A stretch of DNA of 64,000 bases, from positions 1,355,757-1,419,756 of the forward strand of contig OY969414.1 of assembly GCA_963699155.1 (NCBI GenBank), read 5' to 3'. The position numbers and the translations under genes were made by a program. Positions within the stretch are counted from its first letter, which is position 1. Every line of letters begins with the position of its first letter. Below are positions 20,787-30,283 of this stretch, one piece after another. This DNA comes from an uncultured Chlamydiales bacterium (GTDB lineage Bacteria; Chlamydiota; Chlamydiia; Chlamydiales; JAAKFR01). The notes beneath the pieces were generated by a model. That model had not been told where the DNA came from and ran no database searches. It was given only the letters and a program-made list of their open reading frames with translations.

Positions 20787-21929
20787 GTGAGAAAAGCTTT
20801 TCGTTTTATTCTCCTTCTGGGAATTGTCAGCCTCTTTGCCGATATCACTTATGAGGGGGCGAGGAGTATCACTGGGCCCTACTTGGCGCTGCTGGGGGCT
20901 ACTGGTGCGGCAGTGGGCACTGTGGTCGGTTTTGGCGAATTTGTCGGCTATGGCTTGAGAGTAGTTTCGGGCTATATCAGCGACAGAACCCGATGGTACT
21001 GGACCCTGACCTTCGTCGGCTTTTTCATCAATCTCGCTGCTGTTCCGCTGCTGGCTTTGGTGGGCAGCTGGCAAGGGGCTGCGGCGCTCATTATTTTAGA
21101 GCGTTTGGGCAAGGCGATCCGTGTACCATCAAGAGACACCCTTCTCTCCTATGCCACTCGGCAAGCGGGGAGGGGCTGGGGATTTGGGATCCATGAGGCG
21201 CTTGATCAGGTGGGGGCAATTGTAGGCCCTCTTCTCATGGCGGCTATGCTCTTCTTCCAGCAAAGCTACCGAGTTGCTTTTGCCACACTCGGAATCCCTG
21301 CAGTCATTGCCTTTGTTTTTCTCATCCTCACGAAAGTGAACTTCCCCAGACCGCAGGAGATGGAGCCCACCCCTAGGGTGCATGTCAAAGGCTTTTCTCC
21401 TCAGTACTGGATCTATCTCATCGCGATCAGTTTTGTGGCTGCTGGCTATGTCGACTTTGCCTTGATCGCCTTTCATTTTAAAAAGAGTGCGACCGTCGAA
21501 TCGACCTGGATCCCCTTCTTCTATGCCATTGCCATGGCAGTTGCCGGCCTCTCCGCCTTGATAATGGGTCGGCTTTTCGATCGGAAGGGAATATCGGTTC
21601 TCGCCATCGTGACAGCCATCTCAGCTTTTTTCTCTCCCTTCCTCTTCTGGGGTCATTTCTATGGAGCCCTTTTTGGAATGGTTCTCTGGGGAATCGGAAT
21701 GGGATCGCAGGAATCGATCCTCAGAGCCTATGTCGCAGAACTCACCCCACCCGAAAAGCGCGGCTCTGCCTATGGCATCATGAACTTTTTCTTCGGCCTC
21801 TTCTGGGCTCTCGGCAGCGCCCTGATGGGCTTTTTCTACGACATCTCTCTTCCCGCGCTCGTCACTTTCTCAGTCGCTGCCCAGCTGATCGCCATCCCCC
21901 TGTTCTTATCATTTAAAAAGAATCTGTAA
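20787..21929 (+). CDS. MFS transporter
   Basis: Multiple TM segments; SLFADITYEGARS, GYISDRT, GRLFDRKG, KRGSAYG. Confidence 0.9.
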   Translation: MRKAFRFILLLGIVSLFADITYEGARSITGPYLALLGATGAAVGTVVGFGEFVGYGLRVVSGYISDRTRWYWTLTFVGFFINLAAVPLLALVGSWQGAAALIILERLGKAIRVPSRDTLLSYATRQAGRGWGFGIHEALDQVGAIVGPLLMAAMLFFQQSYRVAFATLGIPAVIAFVFLILTKVNFPRPQEMEPTPRVHVKGFSPQYWIYLIAISFVAAGYVDFALIAFHFKKSATVESTWIPFFYAIAMAVAGLSALIMGRLFDRKGISVLAIVTAISAFFSPFLFWGHFYGALFGMVLWGIGMGSQESILRAYVAELTPPEKRGSAYGIMNFFFGLFWALGSALMGFFYDISLPALVTFSVAAQLIAIPLFLSFKKNL

Positions 21930-23232
21930 TGACCTGAGCCAAGTAAAACAGAGCAGCTAAACGGGCACGAAAGCGTGTTATCTCTTTAGCTGTGGCGAGG
22001 GAGGCTTCGGGGTTGATATGTGCTTCGGTTTGTACGATGGCGTAGAGCATCCACGCCTCAGCTGGGGTAAAGAGGGCTTTTGCCCGAGCAAGGTTTTCAG
22101 ATGCGCTGGGTAAACCCCTTTTAGCGATAGTTAATGAGGCTACAAATTGCATGATTGGATCCTCAAAGTGGCTTTGTAATTCTGCACTGCTCATCCTTTC
22201 CGCCACTGCTGCCATAGCATCGCATTGAAACCACGGCTCACGGATATGAATGAGAAGAGAGCGTGCTTTTGGCAAGTCGACAGGCACAAGTAGTCGGATA
22301 AGATCAATCATCAACCCTTCGCGTAGACTGTCTGCCCACATAGACAACAAAATGGTTTCGCACAATGTCAAAGTATCTCTCAACCCATTGTATTGCAACT
22401 CTGCTTCTTTTCGGGCAATCGCAAAGAGGCCCAGGACTCGTTGTGCAGGAAGCTCTTCTGGCAACCATTCTTTTATTTTTTGCAATCCTGCTTCACTGGA
22501 ATCGATCTGAAGGCTGAGATCCACTGTTCTTGCAATGTCTCTTCTATCTTTACTTTCTAAAGCTAATTGAAAAAATTGGACCACCTCTTGAGGAGAGAGC
22601 AGATCTCTGGCGATTTCGAGCAAGCCCAGTAGTTGAAGAGGATGTTTCTCAGAGAGAGCTTTTGCCTTTTCTTGCTGTAAAATATCCTCTATCTTTTGGG
22701 GATCCCCCTCCAATATTTTCCAATTTAGTAGGGCAAGACCTTCTAACTTAAAGCAAGCTCCACTTTCTCGATCCACTTCAAACAAGATAGGAAAAAATTG
22801 TTGGTCAAAAGTCAGTTGTTCACCACGTGACAAGTTGCAGGGTAACCTCTTCAAAAATTTAAATGCCCGCTTTGCCTCCTTCTGATCGATCTCAAAAGAC
22901 AACTTAAGAAAGGGCACAACAAATGGAGCCACGTTTTCAACCATCTCAAGTGATACTTTCATCTCCCTTAAAATGTCGATGAGCAGCTTGAATTTGGGAT
23001 ATTTCTGAGGGAGGGCAACTACTAGTCGATTCCATGAAGTCGATACTAACAGACAGCGGAAAAGTTTGGTGAGGGGCAATAATTCAAAAACATGACTCCA
23101 TAGCTCATTGGGAAACTCTTGGGGGGCGAACTTGCTGGTAGCCATAGCGGTTGTCGGATCGGCAGCTGGTGCCGCTCCTTCCCCACTTGCAGCTTCCTGT
23201 GTCGGGAGTGATCTAATCTTTTCAATCGCCAT
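21913..23232 (-). CDS. F-box protein with helical C-terminus (putative effector)
   Basis: EFPNELWSHVFELLPLTKLFRCLLVSTSWNRLV. Confidence 0.8.
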   Translation of the reverse strand: MAIEKIRSLPTQEAASGEGAAPAADPTTAMATSKFAPQEFPNELWSHVFELLPLTKLFRCLLVSTSWNRLVVALPQKYPKFKLLIDILREMKVSLEMVENVAPFVVPFLKLSFEIDQKEAKRAFKFLKRLPCNLSRGEQLTFDQQFFPILFEVDRESGACFKLEGLALLNWKILEGDPQKIEDILQQEKAKALSEKHPLQLLGLLEIARDLLSPQEVVQFFQLALESKDRRDIARTVDLSLQIDSSEAGLQKIKEWLPEELPAQRVLGLFAIARKEAELQYNGLRDTLTLCETILLSMWADSLREGLMIDLIRLLVPVDLPKARSLLIHIREPWFQCDAMAAVAERMSSAELQSHFEDPIMQFVASLTIAKRGLPSASENLARAKALFTPAEAWMLYAIVQTEAHINPEASLATAKEITRFRARLAALFYLAQVITDSF

Positions 23233-24670
23233 GGGTAGTCAATTCAGCAATCGCCTTAGCTACCGGGAACATGGCGTCCATTCTTTCATTAGGTCTAGAT
23301 ACCCATTTGGCAGCCTCATAGGAGAGCTCGATATCGATTGGCAGAGCGACTTCTGAGAGTTGATGAAAGAGCCTCTCTATGCGTTCGCTGCTAAAGGGCC
23401 GATTAATCAATTTGGCGCGCTCAAATGCTTCTCGAACTCTTTTTTGAGCAGATTGTCGATCAGAATGAGCTTCTTTTCTAGATAAAATAATCAAACGCAC
23501 AACATGAGTCAAACGCGCCGCATAAGTCAATGGATCGCTTGGAGATTCAACCTCATTCATCGATGCAGTTTCGACAGCGTCCTTCGCTAAAACAAGAGAG
23601 TCTGCACAGTGTGGTTCTATAAGCCCCAACAGAGATTTTGCCTTTTCCAGATCGATCTCTGCCAGAATGCGGACCAATTGCGCTACGTCGCATGCATCGC
23701 GTTGATTTTTCTCCATTGCACGCAGAACTTCTTCAACTTTGCCTAAAGTAGCACCAAACCATATGCTTTTGGCCTCTTTCTCCTTCCGAGCAACTCGGAG
23801 CAACTCTTTGACTTGGAGTCTTGGCTCAGGCTCAAGTTCCAGGAGGGCTTTGACTTTTCTAAAACCCTCTTCGCTGGAATTGATCAGCAGGCATACTTCG
23901 ATCACTCTGAGAAGGTAAGGAAATCTGTCGAATTCATCTTTCACTCTTCTCATGGCATCTACAGCTTTTTGAAGGAGCTGCTCCCTCTCTTCAGGGGTTA
24001 GGCGCTCTCTGGCAGTTTCCAGTAAACCGAGAAGTCGATGGGGATCGGGAGATTCTGTAGTGAGAGCATATTCTTTTTCTTTTAGCACAGCCGCAGCTCT
24101 CCGTCGTGGATGGCCAACTAAGAGTGTCCAGCAGAACCGATCAAAATCATCTAAGCGTAGCTTTTGCTCTAATTCAGGATCGATTTCATAGACAACCGAA
24201 AGAAACGGATAACCCCCTAACTCACGAATCGTGTAATTCTGATTAGCTAGCAGGATAACCTTCTTAGCTTGATCCCGATCGATAGTGCCAGCCAGTTTGA
24301 GGAAGGGTACAGGCCATGGAGTTTCGCCATAATGATCTGAAGAATAGGTTTCAAATACCCAACTCCAGTATGTGGAAAGGTAGTTTCGCATCTTTAGTAG
24401 AATTGCCCGCAGTGTTTGGAAGTGCTCTTTCTTTCCGGGAAGAGAAAGTATGAGTGTGCGCCATTGAGTTGATACTGTGATGCAGCGGATGAGCTGACCC
24501 TCCGGCACGAATGAAAAAATCCGCTTTTCAATAGGCCCATTATGCTCAGAAAAATTGAGTTGAGGCAGAGCCACCGGAGTCACCGCAGCGGCATTCTTAG
24601 CAGCTGGTATGTCCGGTTGGGAGGTTCTTGGACCTACCATAGTATTATAGAGCGAACCTAAAAAAGCCAT
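23222..24670 (-). CDS. Divergent F-box paralog
   Basis: RIFSFVPEGQLIRCITVSTQWRTLI; shares PFLKL, LLGLLExAR, ARKE blocks with neighbours. Confidence 0.72.
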   Translation of the reverse strand: MAFLGSLYNTMVGPRTSQPDIPAAKNAAAVTPVALPQLNFSEHNGPIEKRIFSFVPEGQLIRCITVSTQWRTLILSLPGKKEHFQTLRAILLKMRNYLSTYWSWVFETYSSDHYGETPWPVPFLKLAGTIDRDQAKKVILLANQNYTIRELGGYPFLSVVYEIDPELEQKLRLDDFDRFCWTLLVGHPRRRAAAVLKEKEYALTTESPDPHRLLGLLETARERLTPEEREQLLQKAVDAMRRVKDEFDRFPYLLRVIEVCLLINSSEEGFRKVKALLELEPEPRLQVKELLRVARKEKEAKSIWFGATLGKVEEVLRAMEKNQRDACDVAQLVRILAEIDLEKAKSLLGLIEPHCADSLVLAKDAVETASMNEVESPSDPLTYAARLTHVVRLIILSRKEAHSDRQSAQKRVREAFERAKLINRPFSSERIERLFHQLSEVALPIDIELSYEAAKWVSRPNERMDAMFPVAKAIAELTTHGD

Positions 24671-24732
24671 AGCACTCTCACATTGTTAATTTTAATAAAG
24701 GAAGTCTACTAACTTTTCTTTAAAAGTCAATG

Positions 24733-25922
24733 TCAAGCGAGAACCTGCGCGAGATAGAGAAGGGCATGTAGACGTAAGTCTGTGTCACCGATTCTTGCTG
24801 TTCTGGTATGGGAAGCTTCGCTATTGAGATGGGCTTCAACTAAAGCGATTACATGGTGAAGATTATCATGAACATGCGGTGGGGCTTGATCGACAAGCGC
24901 AATGGCTTTCGAGAGTGTCTCTTGAGCCGTAGGCAAGCCGAGTTTTGCTTCTCTTTGGGCGCTTGCGCAAAGTCCCAAAAAAAGAGAGGGTAAGGGCAAG
25001 TTTTCTTGCTGTAGCTCTGCTTTTAACTCCTCATGCTGCTCTTCGGCAAATCTAAGAGTATCCCTTACACTTTCTCGCTTCAATTTGGCTTCTTTCCGTG
25101 CAAGAAAAAGTAATCCTCCAACAATATAGTTCTCATAATTTCTATTTGATAAGATCATGCGTCTTGTATTTCTCACGCCTTCACAGGAATCGATGAGAAG
25201 ACTTACCAGGAGCGCTTTTAAAAAATATGTCTTTCGATCTTTAAATCTCGGCAATGAGATAGCCATCTGGAATAGTCTCTCAACTTCGTCAGGTGGCATA
25301 TAAGGGTGTCCAATTTCTATAAAGCTCAGGAGTTGGAAAGGGTCAATCGGCTTTTCAGCGAGGAGCTTTTCCTTTTCTTTCAGGAGAATCATCGCTATTT
25401 TTGCAGGGTCTCCTTCCAAGATGGTCCACTGGAGCAATGGCAAACCCTTGTCGTACTGAGTTCTCCCTTTTTCACGATCCCTCTCAAATGTCAAAGAAAT
25501 TAACCGGCATTGCAATGTAAATTCTTCGATGGGCTTGATATTGGCCCGTTTTATTAGAAACTCAAAGCCACTTTTAGCCTGAACATGATCAACTTGGACT
25601 GCCAATTCGTAGAATGGGAGGATCCATGGGGTAGTAGTCCAGTTTCGGTTTAATAACCCATTTGTCTCCTTCAGAATCTTGAACAGCAGTGCGCTCTTTT
25701 TTCTATTTGGAAGAGTGATCATCAAATGGCACCAATGAGTCGAGACCAGCATGCAGCGGAAATGTTCAGTGATGGGTAAAAATAGAAAGATATGGCTCCA
25801 TATTTCAGGAGGAGATGTGGGCGCCATCTTGTTGGTAGCAAGCAGGGTGATTGGGTCAGCTACTGGATCAGCTCTTTCTCTCGTTGAAGCTGATAGTAAA
25901 TGGAGGATGAAACAGGTGCCAT
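24733..25922 (-). pseudogene. F-box paralog with probable 5' frameshift (intact ORF 24733-25827)
   Basis: PPEIWSHIFLFLPITEHFRCMLVSTHW; in-frame upstream ADPVADPITLLATNK matches paralog AAPAADPTTAMATSK; ATG at 25922 is 95 nt upstream, one base out of frame. Confidence 0.6.
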
Positions 25923-26065
25923 AGAGGGAGCAATTTTATTCCAAAAGAGCTTTTTTATAATTGGAATTTTCCTCTTCTCTTTTTGATTGTCTTTTCAGGC
26001 TATTTTGGAGTAGACTACAAAATAGACGCGTCTATTTTTTACTAGGATCCCAAGTAGCCGAGAGA

Positions 26066-27205
26066 ATGAGAAGGTATTGCCAGACAAATATTTTAGAAGA
26101 CCTTCGAAAAAAGATGGTCTTCATTGGTGGTCCGAGAGAGGTCGGAAAAACCACTCTAGCTAAACAGCTTCTCGATGAGTGGCCTAGGGGTGAGTATTTT
26201 AACTGGGAAGTCGATGAGGATCGAAGAGCTCTACTCCAAAAGGAGTGGAAAAGCCAAAGTCCTCTCATTGTCTTTGATGAAATTCATAAATATCCTTATT
26301 GGAAAAGATGGGTGAAGGGGGTTTGGGATTCGAGGCCGAAGGGACAAACCTATCTCGTCACAGGGTCGGCTAGGCTTGATATCCATAGAAGAGGGGGCGA
26401 CTCATTGATGGGTCGCTATCACTATTGGCGCCTCCATCCGCTCACCTTGGATGAGCTGCCTGAAGGGATGACGAGCGAAGAGGGCTACTCTAGGTTATTG
26501 AAATTTGGTGGTTTTCCGGAACCCTTCTTCGCGGCAGATGAGCGGGAAGCGCGGCGATGGCGGAGAGAGCGGTTCGATCGCATCATTAAAGAGGACATCC
26601 GCGATCTAGAATCGATCCGAAACTTAGGTCTACTCGAGCTTTTTGTCGATTCCTTACGTGCCCGAACAGGTGGATTGATCACCCTCTCTAATATTGCCTC
26701 AGACTTACAAATTTCTCCCAAGACAGCCTCCGCATGGTTAAAGGCTATCGAAAAAATGTATCTCTGCTTTGCCATTTATCCTTATACAAAAAACCTTCCA
26801 CGAAGCATCCAGAAGCCTCCCAAAGTCTACTTTTTTGATAATGGCGATTGTCTAGGGGAACGTTTAGAAAATCTCGTGGCTACCCATCTCTTAAAAAGGC
26901 TTCATTATATCGAAGATTACTATGGCCATCGTTGCCAGCTCTGTTACATCAGAGATAAGGATGGTCGAGAGGTCGACTTTGTGACGGTGATCGATGGTAA
27001 AGTCTGCGATCTGATCGAGGTTAAAGCTGCCGACGGCAACATCTCGACCAGCTTAAGATACTACACTAAACTGCTCAAACCAAAGCGTGCCATCCAAATT
27101 GTAGGCCAACTCGATCGTACCTTTGATCACGACAACATCCAAGTCACAACTCCCATTGAATTCTTCACTGACCCCCCTTGGAAGTCAACCCCTTCTCCTC
27201 AATGA
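26066..27205 (+). CDS. AAA_14 ATPase with DUF4143 C-terminus
   Basis: GPREVGKTT, FDEIHK, TGSARL, GGFPEPF, KVYFFDNG, EVDF..IEVK. Confidence 0.9.
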   Translation: MRRYCQTNILEDLRKKMVFIGGPREVGKTTLAKQLLDEWPRGEYFNWEVDEDRRALLQKEWKSQSPLIVFDEIHKYPYWKRWVKGVWDSRPKGQTYLVTGSARLDIHRRGGDSLMGRYHYWRLHPLTLDELPEGMTSEEGYSRLLKFGGFPEPFFAADEREARRWRRERFDRIIKEDIRDLESIRNLGLLELFVDSLRARTGGLITLSNIASDLQISPKTASAWLKAIEKMYLCFAIYPYTKNLPRSIQKPPKVYFFDNGDCLGERLENLVATHLLKRLHYIEDYYGHRCQLCYIRDKDGREVDFVTVIDGKVCDLIEVKAADGNISTSLRYYTKLLKPKRAIQIVGQLDRTFDHDNIQVTTPIEFFTDPPWKSTPSPQ

Positions 27206-28997
27206 ATGGCGGGTAGCCTCCCTCAGTGAGGATCTGGTGTGTGAGGGTTTTACATTCCCCAATGAACGCTTGCTGAGCTGCTATTGGATCTGGGGAAGTA
27301 TCGCGTCTTTCCATCATTTGTTGGTAATCTACACGATTGACAAGAGCCTTTTGCCAGGTAGCGTCTTGGGCGAGATAGTCGCAGTAGGCATCAAGGTTGG
27401 AAAGGCCTTCTCTGACAATTCCTTCTGCTCTTTGCAAATCAGCCTCTGAGACTGAGCTACATCTAAAGTAAAGCATCGTATCGAGAGCAATAGGGAGCTG
27501 CAGTTTTGCTTTCAGCATGATCGGATAAGCCAGATAGACCTCGATCTCATCAACGAAACGAAGTGTCTTAGCTTTGTTTCCTGCAATTTTTTCTAGCTCA
27601 CTGAGTGCCCAGCTGCCATGTCCCAGTAAATAGGCCAGTCGTTTTAAATCTTGAGCTTTCAGAGCTTTTGAAATTTCATAGAGCAAATCAACATAGAGAA
27701 GAGAAAGCGCCATCCTGTCGCCACAGGTCTCTGTCGCCCCCTGAATACAGCTGAGAAAGGCCTCTCTATATTCTGCATCATTCTCCGCATAAGCAATGGC
27801 CTCATAGATCTTTGTAGCCAACTCTTTCCGTTTATTTTTGTAATCGCCAATTGCAGAAAGCCTAGAGAGCCATAGGCGAACACTTTCAAGTTTCAATTGG
27901 GTCAAACGGAGAGGCTCTTTCCCAACAGCTTGAGACAACTCTCGAAGTAGCTCATCCAAAGAACGCTCAACAGTCGCTCGCTCTTCGAACACCGAATAGT
28001 GAATAGTAGGACCTTGATATCCAGGTGCGCTTGTGATCTCTCGAAGATTATCGATAATACGTTGTGAGAGAGGATTATTTTCTAGATGAATGATTGCTTC
28101 TCTTGGAAGAGACAGAATCTCCTCTGGCAAAGAGGTGAGTCGATTTTCTTCAAGGGTTAACGATCGTAATTTTTGGAGTTGTCCAATTTGAGGTGGCAAA
28201 GAGGTGAGTCGATTGCTAGTAAGAGATAACGTTCGTAATCGTTGGAGTTGTCCAATTTCAGATGGCAAAGAGGTGAGTCGATTTTCAAACAGCGCTAACG
28301 TTTCTAACTGTTGTAGTTGTCCAATTTGAGGTGGCAAAGAGGTGAGCAGAAGAAAATGAAGGTCTAACACTTCTAATTGCTTTAGTTGCCATATTTGAGA
28401 TGGAAAAGGGGGCGGCCTGAGATTAGCCAATTTTTCTAAGGTATTAGTATCTTCAAAGCATTGTCGAATTTCCTCGGCAACCTTTTTCCGAGCTTCCTTG
28501 ACCCATGCTTCTAGGCCTGATTTCTGCCGATCATACTCTGATTGGGATTCTGTGGGATGTGGCTGCGGGGGAGAGGTTGGCGAAGGTTCAGGAGCTGCCT
28601 TAGGGGTTGATAGAGGGAGGGAGGCGGGAGCCTCTCGCACTTCCGTGGGTGCGGCATGGGCTTCTGTTTGTCTTGGTTCTGATTGTGGGGGAGGAATTGG
28701 AGGAGGCTCTGGCTTGGGCTGAGTGGTGGTGGGGCGTTTGATGATAGCGGTGGTAAGGCAGGCGGCGGAAGTGGTACCACCGGCTACGAACAGGATGATA
28801 GAGGGGATTTTAGTGAGGGATGAAAGGAGCGGGAAAGACCACCAGTGATGATTGATCCCTAAGCCACCGAGGCCGGCTCCAGCGGTGACAAAGCCACCCA
28901 CTGTGAGAATGATCAAGATGGCAAAGAGCCATCTGTTTTGATGGAGGGTTGAGGGGAGATTTTGTTCAGATCTTATTGATGAAACAGGGTTTAACAT
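27165..28997 (-). CDS. LRR + NEL-type E3 ubiquitin ligase (IpaH/SspH-like) with N-terminal bilobed hydrophobic domain
   Basis: 23-aa LRRs; catalytic ETCGDR (CxD); DEIEVYLAY..LQLP..MLY; two N-terminal hydrophobic helices and Pro-rich linker. Confidence 0.88.
   Translation of the reverse strand: MLNPVSSIRSEQNLPSTLHQNRWLFAILIILTVGGFVTAGAGLGGLGINHHWWSFPLLSSLTKIPSIILFVAGGTTSAACLTTAIIKRPTTTQPKPEPPPIPPPQSEPRQTEAHAAPTEVREAPASLPLSTPKAAPEPSPTSPPQPHPTESQSEYDRQKSGLEAWVKEARKKVAEEIRQCFEDTNTLEKLANLRPPPFPSQIWQLKQLEVLDLHFLLLTSLPPQIGQLQQLETLALFENRLTSLPSEIGQLQRLRTLSLTSNRLTSLPPQIGQLQKLRSLTLEENRLTSLPEEILSLPREAIIHLENNPLSQRIIDNLREITSAPGYQGPTIHYSVFEERATVERSLDELLRELSQAVGKEPLRLTQLKLESVRLWLSRLSAIGDYKNKRKELATKIYEAIAYAENDAEYREAFLSCIQGATETCGDRMALSLLYVDLLYEISKALKAQDLKRLAYLLGHGSWALSELEKIAGNKAKTLRFVDEIEVYLAYPIMLKAKLQLPIALDTMLYFRCSSVSEADLQRAEGIVREGLSNLDAYCDYLAQDATWQKALVNRVDYQQMMERRDTSPDPIAAQQAFIGECKTLTHQILTEGGYPPFIEEKGLTSKGGQ
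28125..28410 (-). repeat. 69-bp tandem repeats encoding LRR units
   Basis: GGCAAAGAGGTGAG recurs every 69 bp, in frame with LRRs. Confidence 0.9.
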
Positions 28998-29032
28998 GGA
29001 AATTAGTATACCAGAAAAATGTAAAAAAATTA

Positions 29033-30283
29033 TTAATTTTTGATGGTGAGGAGGTCGGACCAGCGGGTGGTGAAGCAGGCGGAGCGCATGTTGCTCTTCT
29101 TCTTCCAGGGGCGGGTGGTGCCTTCGGAGGCGAACTGGAGGACCTCGTAGCCGAAGGTCTGGTTGGCGCGGTCGAGGAGGGCCATGGCGGTTTTTCGTTT
29201 GGTAGCGAGGGTGGTGTTCTGGGGGATGAAGAGGTCGGGCTGGTAGGTGTGGGCGGGGACGAGGCCGCCGAGGAGGATGCCAGCCTTCTTGTAGGTGGCG
29301 TTTTCGCGGTAGATGGAGCGAAGGCCCTGAGTGGCATAGTCGAGGAGGGTGGGGGTGTAGTCGGTGGGCTCGGGGAGGACGCTGTGGGCATAGTTTCCGG
29401 GCTCGTGGACACCTGTATAGGTGAAGACTTGGAGCCAGCTGGCGAGTTGCTCCTCTTCACGGAGCTTCTCACCACCGCGAGCAGCGTAGGTGCAGACGGC
29501 TTCGATCAGTTCGTCGAGAGAGGTGACGGGGCGGCCGAAGGAGCGGGAGGTCATGATGGACTGCTTCGCCGGAGCGACCTCTTCGAGATCTAGACAGGGT
29601 TTTCCCTGAAGCTCCCAGACGGTGCGGAGGGCGACAACGTTGAGCTGCTGTCTGACCCAATGGTCGGGGAGATCGCGCAGCTGTCCGGCAGTGTGGATGC
29701 CCTTTTTGGCTAAGAAGGTGGCAAGTCTGCGTCCAATGCCCCAGATCTCACTCGTCTCCAGTTTGTCTAAAAGCGCGTTGAGCTCACCGGTCGTAGGAAA
29801 GAAGACGCCGTTGTACATGGGATTTTTTTTAGCCGTATGGTTGGCCACTTTGGCGAGCGTTTTGGTGGTGGCGATGCCGATCGAAACGGGGATGCCAGTC
29901 CATTTGAGAACAGTTTCTCTGAGATGGCGGCAATGGGAGAGAGGATCGCCCTCTGAGACATGCAGGAAGGCCTCATCGATCGAATAGATCTCCATGTCGG
30001 GGTTGAAATGGGAGAGGGTCTGCATGACGCGGTGAGAGAGGTCGCCATAGAGGGCAAAGTTGGAGGAGCAGACGGCGACATCGTGCGCCTTGAAAAAGTC
30101 GGCCCACTGGAAGTAGGGCGCTCCCATCGGCACTCCCATCGCTTTCACCTCGGCCGACCTGGCCACGATGCATCCATCGTTATTGGAAAGGACCACGGTG
30201 GGACGGCCGATCAATTTGGGGTTGAAGAGCCGCTCACAAGAGACAAAAAAGTTATTACAATCCACTAAGGCGATGTATGGCAT
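29033..30283 (-). CDS. umuC: Y-family DNA polymerase V catalytic subunit
   Basis: ALVDCNNFFVSCERLF, VLSNNDGC, YSIDEAF, TKTLAKVAN, FTTRW. Confidence 0.95.
   Translation of the reverse strand: MPYIALVDCNNFFVSCERLFNPKLIGRPTVVLSNNDGCIVARSAEVKAMGVPMGAPYFQWADFFKAHDVAVCSSNFALYGDLSHRVMQTLSHFNPDMEIYSIDEAFLHVSEGDPLSHCRHLRETVLKWTGIPVSIGIATTKTLAKVANHTAKKNPMYNGVFFPTTGELNALLDKLETSEIWGIGRRLATFLAKKGIHTAGQLRDLPDHWVRQQLNVVALRTVWELQGKPCLDLEEVAPAKQSIMTSRSFGRPVTSLDELIEAVCTYAARGGEKLREEEQLASWLQVFTYTGVHEPGNYAHSVLPEPTDYTPTLLDYATQGLRSIYRENATYKKAGILLGGLVPAHTYQPDLFIPQNTTLATKRKTAMALLDRANQTFGYEVLQFASEGTTRPWKKKSNMRSACFTTRWSDLLTIKN
30255..30283 (-). repeat. 29-bp direct repeat copy A (umuD-tail/umuC-head junction)
   Basis: Minus strand ATGCCATACATCGCCTTAGTGGATTGTAA. 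Confidence 0.9.

Noticed and set aside
28125..28410. Regularly spaced repeats resembling a CRISPR array
   Set aside because: 69-bp period equals 23-aa LRR units in frame; the intervening parts are homologous; no cas genes.
28949..29593. Long overlapping Gly/Glu- and Ser/Pro-rich ORFs (also 10468-10920, 45838-46449, 45954-46646)
   Set aside because: Shadow frames left stop-free by the extreme third-position skew of real genes.
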